DNA of 64,000 bases from IMG/VR virus record IMGVR_UViG_3300047094_002472, one strand, 5' to 3'. The translations under genes and the position numbers were made by a program. Below the pieces are notes generated by a model. That model was not told the DNA's origin and did no database searches. It saw only the letters and a program-made list of their open reading frames with translations. Position 1 is the first letter of the stretch. The number at the start of each line of letters is the position of its first letter. Source of the DNA: a virus. Below, piece after piece: positions 1 to 9,034 of this stretch.

Positions 1-275
1 TCCCACAACCACGACCACAGTAGCGCCAACCACAACAACGGTTGCTCCCACAACCACGACCACAGTAGCGCCAACCACGACCACGGTTACTCCCACAACA
101 ACTACCACGGTAGTGCCAACCACAACAGTAGCACCAACCACAACAACGGTAGTGCCAACCACAACAACGGTAGTGCCAACCACAACAGTAGCACCAACCA
201 CAACAACGGTAGTGCCAACCACGACCACGGCTGTCCCGACAACTACAACCACAATCGCCCCGACTACTACTCCTT
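1..275 (+). repeat. Coding tandem repeat (ccaaccacaacaacggtag-type units encoding PTTTTV[AV])
   Basis: Directly visible degenerate 18/21-nt units. Confidence 0.9.
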
Positions 276-643
276 CTCCTTCAGCTTTATTACAAAAAGC
301 TTCAACTGGGGTATTTAATACATCTGCGGGTTCTGGAACATCTTCTAGTCCATTAATATGGAATGGATTAGTTGAAAATAATGGCACATATTTAATGTTC
401 ACATCTCTTACTGCCGGAATATTAAGTCTGACAATGACAGTACGCAGTGGTTGTGGTGATTTTGGGTGTGATATAATACAGGTCACGAAAAACAACACAT
501 TGGCTTGGGATCCATCCTTCCCAACCGGAGCCACACTGTCTAGATCTACAACATTTTCTGTGGCTACTAATGATATAATCAGATTGTATATCTTAAACGA
601 ATGGGGAGCGAGAGTACAATCTTTTTCAGCTAATATACAATGA
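2..643 (+). CDS. Thr/Pro-rich (mucin-like stalk) protein with beta-rich C-terminal domain, 5'-truncated by window edge; likely virion/adhesion protein
   Basis: Frame open from nt 2 (PTTTTTVAPTTTTVAP...), continuous with ORF 113..643; PTTTT(V/A) repeats to about nt 275, then about 120 aa of beta-rich sequence. Confidence 0.7.
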   Translation, partial: PTTTTTVAPTTTTVAPTTTTTVAPTTTTVTPTTTTTVVPTTTVAPTTTTVVPTTTTVVPTTTVAPTTTTVVPTTTTAVPTTTTTIAPTTTPSPSALLQKASTGVFNTSAGSGTSSSPLIWNGLVENNGTYLMFTSLTAGILSLTMTVRSGCGDFGCDIIQVTKNNTLAWDPSFPTGATLSRSTTFSVATNDIIRLYILNEWGARVQSFSANIQ

Positions 644-1089
644 ATTTTAAATTAGATAATATAAGCATCAAACATCTATTAAATAATATTAATCGCACAA
701 ATTATGTTAATACGACAGATTTTAATTTTGATAAACTATTCGATAGACCATTAGACTTGTTGGATTATGAAAACAAAACCGGCTATTTTCAAAAAATATT
801 TTTAGAAGAGCACATGGAATTTTTAGGGTATAGATGCAAAAATCTCATATTTTATCCACCACACGGCGGCATGGGGTGGCATACTAACGGTCCAAAATCT
901 GGCAAAAGAATATATATATCGTGGTCAGAAAGTGGTGATAGTGGTATGAATTGGTATGACGTGGAAAAAGATAATATTATAATAGATAAAGATGAAACTG
1001 GTTTTAATATTAGAATTTTTGATATTCCACAGTGGCATTGTGTTTGGTCAAAATGTAATAGGTTTTCTATTGGTTTTGATATAGGTTAA
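640..1089 (+). CDS. Putative 2OG-Fe(II) oxygenase/cupin-like protein
   Basis: YPPHGGMGWHTN ... WHCVWSKCNRFSIGF fits an HxD/N...H...R double-stranded beta-helix pattern; ATGA overlap with upstream gene. Confidence 0.55.
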   Translation: MNFKLDNISIKHLLNNINRTNYVNTTDFNFDKLFDRPLDLLDYENKTGYFQKIFLEEHMEFLGYRCKNLIFYPPHGGMGWHTNGPKSGKRIYISWSESGDSGMNWYDVEKDNIIIDKDETGFNIRIFDIPQWHCVWSKCNRFSIGFDIG

Positions 1090-1142
1090 TATAATTTATA
1101 CTATTATCCTAACTCTTTTATTAGAAAATTTCAAAAGTCAAT

Positions 1143-1173
1143 AAAAAAAGCAGGCCGAAGCCTGCTAATTTTT
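1143..1173 (-). terminator. Rho-independent terminator (probably bidirectional) between converging genes
   Basis: On - strand AGCAGGC-TTCG-GCCTGCT followed by a T-run; T-run also on the + side. Confidence 0.85.
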
Positions 1174-1185
1174 GAACTTAACCGA

Positions 1186-1497
1186 TTAGTATTTATATGC
1201 CTGATAAGGCGCATAATAATATCTAGGTGGCCACATAAAACATCTATGCTTTTCCACCAAGCCCCACGACGGATTAACAACCACAGGATTGGTCCACACA
1301 TAAGTTGTATAATAAACAACTGGCTGACTAACAACTGTTGATATAGGAACCCACGTTGTTTGAACCTGTGGAACATTTACAACTACCGGAGATGCTGGAG
1401 CATAACCATAATTATAAAAGCTTACTTCATTAGCAAATCCCCTCTCACCAAAAACACACAACATCAAAACTAATCCTAAAATAATATTTTTCATCAT
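1186..1497 (-). CDS. Small secreted/membrane protein with N-terminal signal peptide, Tyr/Pro/Val-rich
   Basis: MMKNIILGLVLMLCVFGERGFA signal-like N-terminus; GGGAGAG RBS upstream; own terminator downstream. Confidence 0.7.
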   Translation of the reverse strand: MMKNIILGLVLMLCVFGERGFANEVSFYNYGYAPASPVVVNVPQVQTTWVPISTVVSQPVVYYTTYVWTNPVVVNPSWGLVEKHRCFMWPPRYYYAPYQAYKY

Positions 1498-1515
1498 TCT
1501 CTCTCCCTATAGTTA

Positions 1516-1556
1516 TAAAAAAAGAGGCCCAGCTTTTTGCCAGGCCCCTTTTCTTT
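1516..1556 (-). terminator. Rho-independent terminator
   Basis: On - strand GGGGCCTGGC-AAAAA-GCTGGGCCTC followed by T7, just after the stop at 1564. Confidence 0.75.
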
Positions 1557-1563
1557 GTGATAT

Positions 1564-1794
1564 TTAGCCCACAGTACTACTTTGATCATTAGCCGAAATC
1601 GCCACAACCTTGCGAGGACGACCCCTAGGCTTATTAACGCCCAGCTTTCGTCTTTGCCTTCTAACCATAGCTTGACTAATATTTTCTCCGGTCATACCAC
1701 TAAGCTTATTGGCCAAGTCCTTATCCGCTAAACTATTAAGATTATCTCGAATGAACTGCAGTTCAGCGTCTGTCCACTTTTTATATGTAGCCAT
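1564..1794 (-). CDS. Small HTH DNA-binding protein with AT-hook
   Basis: MATYKKWTDAELQFIRDN...DLANKL...AMVRRQRRKLGV (Myb/GcrA-like HTH) plus KPRGRPRK AT-hook; AAAGGAG RBS supports start at 1794 rather than 1872. Confidence 0.7.
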   Translation of the reverse strand: MATYKKWTDAELQFIRDNLNSLADKDLANKLSGMTGENISQAMVRRQRRKLGVNKPRGRPRKVVAISANDQSSTVG

Positions 1795-1805
1795 ATACTC
1801 TCCTT

Positions 1806-1833
1806 TTGACAAAATTTGTGTATCAACTACTAT
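1806..1833 (+). promoter_or_regulatory. sigma70-like promoter driving the sigma-factor operon
   Basis: TTGACA (1806-1811), 16 nt, TACTAT (1828-1833). Confidence 0.65.
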
Positions 1834-1861
1834 ATAGTATAGCTTGACCATTTTTTCGCAA
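1834..1861 (-). promoter_or_regulatory. Divergent sigma70-like promoter for the HTH/AT-hook gene
   Basis: TTGCGA, 16 nt, TACTAT on - strand; the two -10 boxes form the palindrome TACTATATAGTA (1828-1839). Confidence 0.5.
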
Positions 1862-1870
1862 GAGGCCACC

Positions 1871-2068
1871 ATGGATAATTACCAATTTATTCCTTCCGTT
1901 CTAGACACCAAAGCTAGCGCCTCATTAGAAGCAGAAGTAGCTAAAGAGCTTAAAATTAAAGATCCAGAAAAGAGCATAGCACAATTACTACAAGAAAATA
2001 ATGAAGAAGAAACCCAACCAGACCAAAAAGAAAAAGACCAAAGCGCGCAAGAAGGTCAAAGTATCTGA
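1871..2068 (+). CDS. Small acidic hypothetical protein
   Basis: ATG at 1871 after AGAGG; overlaps start of next gene. Confidence 0.55.
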   Translation: MDNYQFIPSVLDTKASASLEAEVAKELKIKDPEKSIAQLLQENNEEETQPDQKEKDQSAQEGQSI

Positions 2069-2654
2069 AAGTGAACTATTAGAAGTTATTGAAGTTATTA
2101 GCAAAAAATTGGCCTATAAGTTTAAGTTCGGCTATCATGAGCACGAGGATATGAAACAGCAAATAACCATATTTGCTTTGGAGGGTGTTAAAAATTATGA
2201 TGGTGTACGACCACTAGAAAACTTCTTATGGACCCACGTTAGGAATCGTCTTTTTAACTATAAGAGAGATAATTACCAACGCCCCAATAAACCCTGCTTA
2301 ACATGCCCTCTGTATGATGCTCACTGTAAGGTTAGCGTTAGTCAGTGCTCTAAATATAATAACAAAGCGGATTGTGATCTATACGCTAGTTGGAGTAAAA
2401 GAAACGATGCTAAAAAGAACCTTATGTATCTAACAGGAGTAGAAGACTTTTCTTTAATTCATCAAACTCACTCTAAGGGAACCCTAGGAGATAGTGTGGC
2501 AAATAAAGAGATTTTGGACATATTAGATCGTGAACTGGGCGGAGAAGAAAGAGAAATATATTTGAAGTTTCGCGGTGGATCCAAGGTTAATAAAAGCGAT
2601 ATGTTAAAATTAACCAATAAAATACGAGAAATTTTAGGAAATAGTTATGGCTAA
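2001..2654 (+). CDS. Phage RNA polymerase sigma factor (sigma70 region 2-like plus C-terminal HTH) with Cys-rich insertion
   Basis: EDMKQQITIFALEGVKNYDGVRPLENFLWTHVRNRLFNYKR = region 2; CLTC..C..C..C insert; C-terminal EEREIYLKF region-4-like segment. Confidence 0.75.
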   Translation: MKKKPNQTKKKKTKARKKVKVSESELLEVIEVISKKLAYKFKFGYHEHEDMKQQITIFALEGVKNYDGVRPLENFLWTHVRNRLFNYKRDNYQRPNKPCLTCPLYDAHCKVSVSQCSKYNNKADCDLYASWSKRNDAKKNLMYLTGVEDFSLIHQTHSKGTLGDSVANKEILDILDRELGGEEREIYLKFRGGSKVNKSDMLKLTNKIREILGNSYG

Positions 2655-3462
2655 AAAACGTGGACAATTAGGTCTGGACGAGGAAAAATTTATAGAGGAT
2701 AATATTCAAACATTAAGTGTTGAGCAAATAGCTGAGCATCTTAATCGAAGCACATCTCCTATTCAAAGATATATAGATGAGCAAAAACTATATATACCAT
2801 CCGAAGAAAAGAATGACCACGAACTACTCAGAAGAAAGCTACGAAGCAAAAACTTCTGGACAGAGATCGAGCGTCAGTTTGATGAGGACAGTGGCGAATT
2901 AAAGTATTTTGAAGACGTATGGATTAATTTAGTTAAACAATTTAGGGAAGACGTTTTACCAGCAGAAGAACTTCAAATAAAACAATTTATAACCATAGAT
3001 ATTCTTATCAATCGCTCTATGAAAGAGCGCAAACGACACATCACCGAAACCGAGAAGCTCCAAAAGTTAGTTGATAAAGAATACGAAAGACCAGAAGATG
3101 ATAGAGATATTCCAAAATTAGCTAATCTCGAAACCCAGCTTAACTTTGCTCGCAATAGTATAGCTAGTTATACTAACGAATATACCAAATTACTAAACGA
3201 GCAACAAAAAATTAGCAAGGATCTTAAAGCAACTAGAGAGCAAAGAATTAAAAGAATAGAAGATGGTAAAAGTAGCTGGGTAGGATTAATTCGTATGCTA
3301 GAAGACGAAGACATAAGAGAAAAAGAAGGACGAGAACTAGAAATTCTTAGTATGGCAACCGACAAGGCCAAAAACAAACTATATGAATACCATTCTTTTG
3401 CCGACGGAATGGTAGACAGCCCCATCCTCAACTGTGAGTCTGTTAAAAAACATAATGCGTAA
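2647..3462 (+). CDS. Hypothetical protein with N-terminal HTH and coiled coil; possible terminase small subunit
   Basis: LSVEQIAEHLNRS HTH; long coiled coil; position upstream of TerL. Confidence 0.45.
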   Translation: MAKKRGQLGLDEEKFIEDNIQTLSVEQIAEHLNRSTSPIQRYIDEQKLYIPSEEKNDHELLRRKLRSKNFWTEIERQFDEDSGELKYFEDVWINLVKQFREDVLPAEELQIKQFITIDILINRSMKERKRHITETEKLQKLVDKEYERPEDDRDIPKLANLETQLNFARNSIASYTNEYTKLLNEQQKISKDLKATREQRIKRIEDGKSSWVGLIRMLEDEDIREKEGRELEILSMATDKAKNKLYEYHSFADGMVDSPILNCESVKKHNA

Positions 3463-3724
3463 TTACCAAGATCCAGAATATAAGAAGTGGAGAAAAGCGG
3501 TCTATAAAAGAGACAAATTTACTTGCCAATGGCCGGGGTGCTCAGCTAATATAAAACTAAATGCGCACCACATTTATAGGTGGTCGGATTTTCCGGGGTT
3601 AAGGTTTCATCTTAATAACGGTATAACATTATGTAGATATCACCATGACGGTATCAAAGGTTTAGAGGATAGCTATAGTCAGTTTTTTAGTAAACTCATT
3701 TTAAACAAAGGAAAAGAAAAATGA
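3455..3724 (+). CDS. HNH endonuclease (packaging-associated type)
   Basis: WRKAVYKRDKFTCQWPGC...AHHI...NGITLCRYHH; ATG at 3455. Confidence 0.85.
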   Translation: MRNYQDPEYKKWRKAVYKRDKFTCQWPGCSANIKLNAHHIYRWSDFPGLRFHLNNGITLCRYHHDGIKGLEDSYSQFFSKLILNKGKEK

Positions 3725-4323
3725 TTACATATGATCCACCGATTGTTATCACACCACCCCCTTATTCTGACCAGAGCGGAAAAGTAACCCAGCCAGCAGA
3801 TATTGTTCTTTCTGAGCTTAAGGTTACCTACATGGATACTCCACACAACAAGGTGATCCAGGCTCGCATAGAAGGTGTTCCAAATATTATCACATTAATT
3901 TCTGGCGAAACATACGAACAGATTGGCGATTGGACTCAGCAACAGATCGAAGATGGTCTAAAGCTACTATTAGGTTCTGAGCCAGCTAAATATTTAAGAG
4001 CATTGTTTCCTAAAACTATGGAAGAAGACCCGAATGGTCCCGGTACGGTTTTAAGTAAAATGATCAAGAGTCTTGGCATAGTTATGAGCGATAGTTGCTC
4101 TTGCCGTCGGCATGCTATCGAGATGAATACTCAAGGCAACGACTGGTGCGAACAGAATATTGATACTGTAGTTGGATGGCTAAGAGAAGAGGCCAACAGA
4201 AGAGGCTTACCATTCGTGGATATGATTGGTAAGTTAATGGTCGGTAGAGCCATTAAGAAGTCTCGCAAGCTTTTGGCTAATCAACCAGTACCAGAAAACG
4301 ATGAAGATCTGGATAAAGAATGA
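3721..4323 (+). CDS. Hypothetical two-domain protein with C-terminal Cys motif
   Basis: GPGTVL..CSCRRHAIEMN..WCEQN motif; translationally coupled on both sides. Confidence 0.6.
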   Translation: MITYDPPIVITPPPYSDQSGKVTQPADIVLSELKVTYMDTPHNKVIQARIEGVPNIITLISGETYEQIGDWTQQQIEDGLKLLLGSEPAKYLRALFPKTMEEDPNGPGTVLSKMIKSLGIVMSDSCSCRRHAIEMNTQGNDWCEQNIDTVVGWLREEANRRGLPFVDMIGKLMVGRAIKKSRKLLANQPVPENDEDLDKE

Positions 4324-4793
4324 TTGATGACTTTACTGTTATTATAGACACCAGAGAACAACTTCCGTGGGAGTTTGAGCTTCATGCCACGGCCAAAAAG
4401 AAGCTCGATACTGGTGACTATAGTATAGAAGGCCTAGAAGATATTCTTTGCATAGAACGAAAAAGAAGCGTGTCAGAAATAGCTAATAATATATCTGAGA
4501 AGAGATTCAAAGATGTTCTTGAACGCATGAGTAAAATGAGATATCCATTTATGCTCTTTGAATTTGATCTAGAAGATATCTACTCTTTTCCTGTTGGTTC
4601 GGATATTCCCAAGAAGCTTTGGGACAATTTAAAGATTTCTGCTAATTATATTTTAAAATACATCACCCTAATACAACTAAACTACGGCATACATATACTA
4701 TTTTGCGGCGGACCCGAGAACGCAGAAAAAATGGCCGTATCTATTATGAAAAGAGTATATGAAAAACACGCGCCACCAAAAGACAGCATTTGA
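4320..4793 (+). CDS. ERCC4/XPF-domain nuclease
   Basis: IIDTREQ ... GDYS ... IERKRS signature. Confidence 0.9.
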   Translation: MIDDFTVIIDTREQLPWEFELHATAKKKLDTGDYSIEGLEDILCIERKRSVSEIANNISEKRFKDVLERMSKMRYPFMLFEFDLEDIYSFPVGSDIPKKLWDNLKISANYILKYITLIQLNYGIHILFCGGPENAEKMAVSIMKRVYEKHAPPKDSI

Positions 4794-6792
4794 TGATGCT
4801 TGGCTAGAATTAGGAGATCTATCTCTCCTATCCATAGACCAGAATCTTATGATTCACAGAAGCAAAGAGGATATAGAAAATCCTGATTTGCATCTAATGC
4901 GTATTCTTAGGCAGCCTAGAAACTTCGGATTTACCTGTAAAATACTATTTGATATAGAGCTTCATCCTATACAAATAGCTATACTAGAAGAGTTTTGGAC
5001 ACGCCCATTTCCTATGTTTGTTGCTAGTCGTGGTTTTGGTAAGTCGTTCTTGATGGCTCTGTATTGTACATTAAGATGTATACTTAATCCTGGCACCAAA
5101 ATCGTTGTTGTCGGCGCGGCTTTTCGTCAGAGCAAACTAGTATTCGAATACATGGAAACTATTTGGCGAAACAGTGCGATATTACGAAGCATTTTTAATG
5201 GCAATGATGATGGGCCAAGGCGAGACGTTGATAGATGCACAATGAGACTTGGCGAAAGCTGGACAATAGCGGTGCCAATGGGCGACGGGTCAAAAATTAG
5301 AGGTCTTAGAGCACACATTATTATAGCGGACGAATTTGCTTCTATATCACCAGACATCTACGAAACCGTAGTTTCAGGCTTCGCGGCAGTTAGTGCCAAC
5401 CCAATACAGAATGTAAAAGAAGAAGCCAAGAAAAAAGCAATGACAGAAGCAGGTCTATGGAATCAGCAACTAGAAGAAATACAAATAAAAAAGGGCAATC
5501 AGGCTATCATAGCTGGAACCGCAGACTATAGCTTCAAGCATTTTGCCCAATATTGGAGAAGATACAAGGATATTATTCAGAGCCAGGGAGACCAAAGAAA
5601 ACTAGAAGAAATATTTAAGGGTGAAGTTCCGGATAGCTTTAATTGGAAAGACTACTCTATAGTACGAATGCCATACGAACTTATTCCCAAGGGCTTCATG
5701 GACGATAAACAAATCTCCAGAGCCAAAGCAACAATCCATAGTGGCATATATAACATGGAATATGCAGCATGTTTTACTGCTGATAGTGACGGATTTTTTA
5801 AGCGAAGCCTTATAGAAAGCTGTGTTACTAACGAAGCTAACCCAGTTATGGTAAATGGCAATCCGGTGCTATTTGATGTTTCTACCAAAGGCAATCCCGA
5901 CTTGCAGTATGTTTATGGTATCGACCCAGCCTCAGAAAAAGATAATTTTAGTATAGTGGTTTTAGAACTACATAAAGATCATTCTAGAATAGTCTATTGT
6001 TGGACAACCAATAGAAATAATTTTAAAGATCGTCAAAAAACAGGTCTGGTCAATGAGCATGACTTCTATGGATTTTGTGCAAGAAAAATTAGAAATTTAA
6101 TGAAGGTGTTTCCAACCAACGCAATAGGAATAGACGCACAGGGTGGTGGTGTTGCTGTAGAGGAAGCTCTACACGACCCCTCCAAACTAGAGGATGGGGA
6201 ACATCTAATGTGGCCAATTGTTGAAGACAAACCCAAAGATAGCGACACACAATCAGGATTACACATTCTGCATATGATACAGTTCGCTAGAGCAGACTGG
6301 ACAGCTCAATCTAACCATGGATTGCGTAAAGACTTAGAAGACAAGGTTTTATTATTTCCAAGGTTTGACCAACTCAGTTTAGCATTAGCTCTAGATAAAG
6401 AAAATAAAGACATTCTGGAGGCAAGCTTCGAAAATCTATATGACTCCGAGAGTGAGTGCATTTTAGAGATAGAAGAATTAAAAAACGAACTAACAACTAT
6501 TGTAATGACACAGACTAGCACAGGCCCCAATGCGCGAGACAGGTGGGATACGCCCGATATTAAACTACCCAATGGAAAAAAGGGCAAACTAAGAAAAGAC
6601 CGATATAGCGCTTTGCTAATAGCTAATATGTTAGCTAGAAAAGTTTTTAGAGAATTACAGCCAGTCAATTATGATATAATCGGGTCCAACCTAAGACAGT
6701 CTCCCAATTCTGCTTCGGGAGATATGTATAAAGGGCCAAGTTGGTTCCGAGAATCCGCAAATAACGATATTTATAAAGGTATTTATCGCTAA
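4759..6792 (+). CDS. terL: Terminase large subunit
   Basis: Walker A SRGFGKS, IRGLRA, Walker B IIIADEF, RNase H-like GIDPA ... KDRYSA. Confidence 0.92.
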   Translation: MKNTRHQKTAFDDAWLELGDLSLLSIDQNLMIHRSKEDIENPDLHLMRILRQPRNFGFTCKILFDIELHPIQIAILEEFWTRPFPMFVASRGFGKSFLMALYCTLRCILNPGTKIVVVGAAFRQSKLVFEYMETIWRNSAILRSIFNGNDDGPRRDVDRCTMRLGESWTIAVPMGDGSKIRGLRAHIIIADEFASISPDIYETVVSGFAAVSANPIQNVKEEAKKKAMTEAGLWNQQLEEIQIKKGNQAIIAGTADYSFKHFAQYWRRYKDIIQSQGDQRKLEEIFKGEVPDSFNWKDYSIVRMPYELIPKGFMDDKQISRAKATIHSGIYNMEYAACFTADSDGFFKRSLIESCVTNEANPVMVNGNPVLFDVSTKGNPDLQYVYGIDPASEKDNFSIVVLELHKDHSRIVYCWTTNRNNFKDRQKTGLVNEHDFYGFCARKIRNLMKVFPTNAIGIDAQGGGVAVEEALHDPSKLEDGEHLMWPIVEDKPKDSDTQSGLHILHMIQFARADWTAQSNHGLRKDLEDKVLLFPRFDQLSLALALDKENKDILEASFENLYDSESECILEIEELKNELTTIVMTQTSTGPNARDRWDTPDIKLPNGKKGKLRKDRYSALLIANMLARKVFRELQPVNYDIIGSNLRQSPNSASGDMYKGPSWFRESANNDIYKGIYR

Positions 6793-6795
6793 ATG

Positions 6796-6802
6796 TGTGT
6801 AT
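6796..6802 (+). promoter_or_regulatory. KGTGTAT putative late promoter (portal)
   Basis: TGTGTAT 40 nt upstream of ATG 6843. Confidence 0.5.
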
Positions 6803-6842
6803 CATAAGATATAAACATATTACAATACTATCTAATACTATT

Positions 6843-9020
6843 ATGCCAAAAAAATACCCAAAGAGTGATGCCGTACAAAATGCGGCCAATGCTAACCAAG
6901 AAGCCTATGTTACATGGAATGACGGTGATATAGAAGGCAAAAAAGTTGCATTATCAGAAGCGTCGAAATCTTTAGATGAGTTTGGTGGTTTTCAACACGC
7001 AAAGGCAAATAACAGTAGATACAGAGACTTTTCTGGACTTCTACCCAACACTTCTGGAAGACCAGGACTAACCAGAGCAGATTACGACTTTTTCCGACCA
7101 GACGAAGCAGTGCCAAGAGAGATTAAACAAATCTTTATGGCAGCTAACGATGTTTATAGTCGAGTTGGCCTAGTAAAAAACGTTATTGATCTTATGGGTG
7201 ATTTTGCTTGTCAAGGCATTAGGCTGGTTCATCCAAATAAAAGAATAGAAAAATTTTATAGAAACTGGTTCGAGAAAGTAAAGGGTGAGGACAGATCAGA
7301 AAGATTTCTTAATAATCTTTATAAAGCTGGTAATATTGTTATTAATAGACAAACAGCCAAAGTCAGCGTTAAGGTAGCAGATAATCTATATAGATCGATT
7401 GCTAGTCCTGACCTGATAGTAAATTCTGAGGAAATTAAAGTTGAGAAGAGAGAAATTCCTTGGAAGTATACTTTCATAGATCCTACATATGTAGATGTGG
7501 TGGGCGGTTCTTTATCTTCATTTGTAAGCAATAAAACATATGCAATTAATATGCCAGCAATGCTTAGAAAAATGATAAATAGCCCCAAAGGTCCAGAAGA
7601 AAAAGCAATAGTTGATCAACTTCCACCTCAGCTTATAGAGGCAGCAAAAACTAAAAAAGGCTATGTTTTAGATCCAGACAAAACTCTCGTATTTCACTAT
7701 AAGAAAGACGATTGGCAGGTTTGGGCATATCCTATGATTTATGCTATTCTTGATGATATTAATGTTGTTGAAAAGCTAAAGCTAGCAGACCTTGCTGCTC
7801 TCGATGGTGCAATCAATAATATTCGTATTTTTAAATTAGGTAGTTTAGAACATAAAATTGCTCCGACAGCAGCCGCAGCATCAAAGCTTGGAGATATTCT
7901 ACAGAATAACGTTGGTGGTGGCACGATGGATATTGTTTGGGGTCCAGACATTGAACTACTACAATCTAACACTAATGTACATCAATTTTTAGGTGAAGGT
8001 AAATATACTCCACATCTTAATAGTATTTATGCTGGTCTAGGTATTCCTCCAACACTAACGGGTACTTATGGCGCCGCTGGAACCACTAATAATTTCATTT
8101 CGTTAAAGACCCTGACACAAAGACTAGAGTATGGTCGTAAGGTGTTAATGTCGTTCTGGAAGCATGAAATTGCCATGGTTCAAAAAGCCATGGGTTTTAA
8201 GTATCCAGCAAAAATAGAGTTTGACAAGATGGATTTAAGTAATGAAGACGCGGAGAAGGCATTACTAGTACAGCTAGCTGATCGTAATCTTGTTAGTGAT
8301 GAAATGCTACAGAAGATGTTTGGATTTGATCCAGAAATGGAAAAGAGCAGACTCAACAGAGAAAACAAAGACAGAGAGAACGAAAGAATGGTTCCGAAAT
8401 CTGGTCCTTGGCATGATCCACAAACAGAAGAAAGTCTTAAGAAGATTGCTCTACAAAATGGTCTTGCGACTCCTAGTCAAGTAGACCTAGAGCTTAAGCC
8501 AAAGAAGAAGGGTGAAAAAAGCTTACTGGATATGAAAACTCCAGCACTACCAGAGCAGCAGTCAAACCCAGGACAACCAGGACAAGGTAGGCCCAAAAAT
8601 ACAAAAGATAAAGAAAAAAGAAAAACTAAAGACTTTAGCCCAAGAACAGGAGCGTCTTTACAGCTATGGGCTTTAGACACTCAAGAAAAAATAGCCAGTA
8701 TTCTTAATCCCGTCTTACTAGATTTCTATAACAAGAAAAATATGAGAAGTTTATCTAGCACAGAATATTCTGAGGCAGAAAATACTAAAACAAAAATATT
8801 GTTTTCGCTTGAGCCATTCGTTGCTATTAACGAAGACATACTAATGGCGAAGCTCAATACTATCAATAGTATTGATGTATCGACCAAATTTGCCGAATAC
8901 CAGAGCTGGAATATTGAAGCAAGTAAAGATCTCAAAAAACAACTCACCGCCGAAGAACAAAAACATACGAAGGCCTATTTTTATAGTCTGGTGTATTCTG
9001 ATCTATCGGGTCATAAATAA
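6843..9020 (+). CDS. Portal protein
   Basis: Follows TerL; about 725 aa; LVKNVIDLM, FHYKKDDWQ.W..P, LGIPP motifs typical of large-phage portals; ATG at 6843. Confidence 0.8.
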   Translation: MPKKYPKSDAVQNAANANQEAYVTWNDGDIEGKKVALSEASKSLDEFGGFQHAKANNSRYRDFSGLLPNTSGRPGLTRADYDFFRPDEAVPREIKQIFMAANDVYSRVGLVKNVIDLMGDFACQGIRLVHPNKRIEKFYRNWFEKVKGEDRSERFLNNLYKAGNIVINRQTAKVSVKVADNLYRSIASPDLIVNSEEIKVEKREIPWKYTFIDPTYVDVVGGSLSSFVSNKTYAINMPAMLRKMINSPKGPEEKAIVDQLPPQLIEAAKTKKGYVLDPDKTLVFHYKKDDWQVWAYPMIYAILDDINVVEKLKLADLAALDGAINNIRIFKLGSLEHKIAPTAAAASKLGDILQNNVGGGTMDIVWGPDIELLQSNTNVHQFLGEGKYTPHLNSIYAGLGIPPTLTGTYGAAGTTNNFISLKTLTQRLEYGRKVLMSFWKHEIAMVQKAMGFKYPAKIEFDKMDLSNEDAEKALLVQLADRNLVSDEMLQKMFGFDPEMEKSRLNRENKDRENERMVPKSGPWHDPQTEESLKKIALQNGLATPSQVDLELKPKKKGEKSLLDMKTPALPEQQSNPGQPGQGRPKNTKDKEKRKTKDFSPRTGASLQLWALDTQEKIASILNPVLLDFYNKKNMRSLSSTEYSEAENTKTKILFSLEPFVAINEDILMAKLNTINSIDVSTKFAEYQSWNIEASKDLKKQLTAEEQKHTKAYFYSLVYSDLSGHK
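8990..8996 (+). promoter_or_regulatory. KGTGTAT putative late promoter (protease)
   Basis: GGTGTAT 38 nt upstream of ATG 9035. Confidence 0.5.
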
Positions 9021-9034
9021 TACTTGGAGGCATA

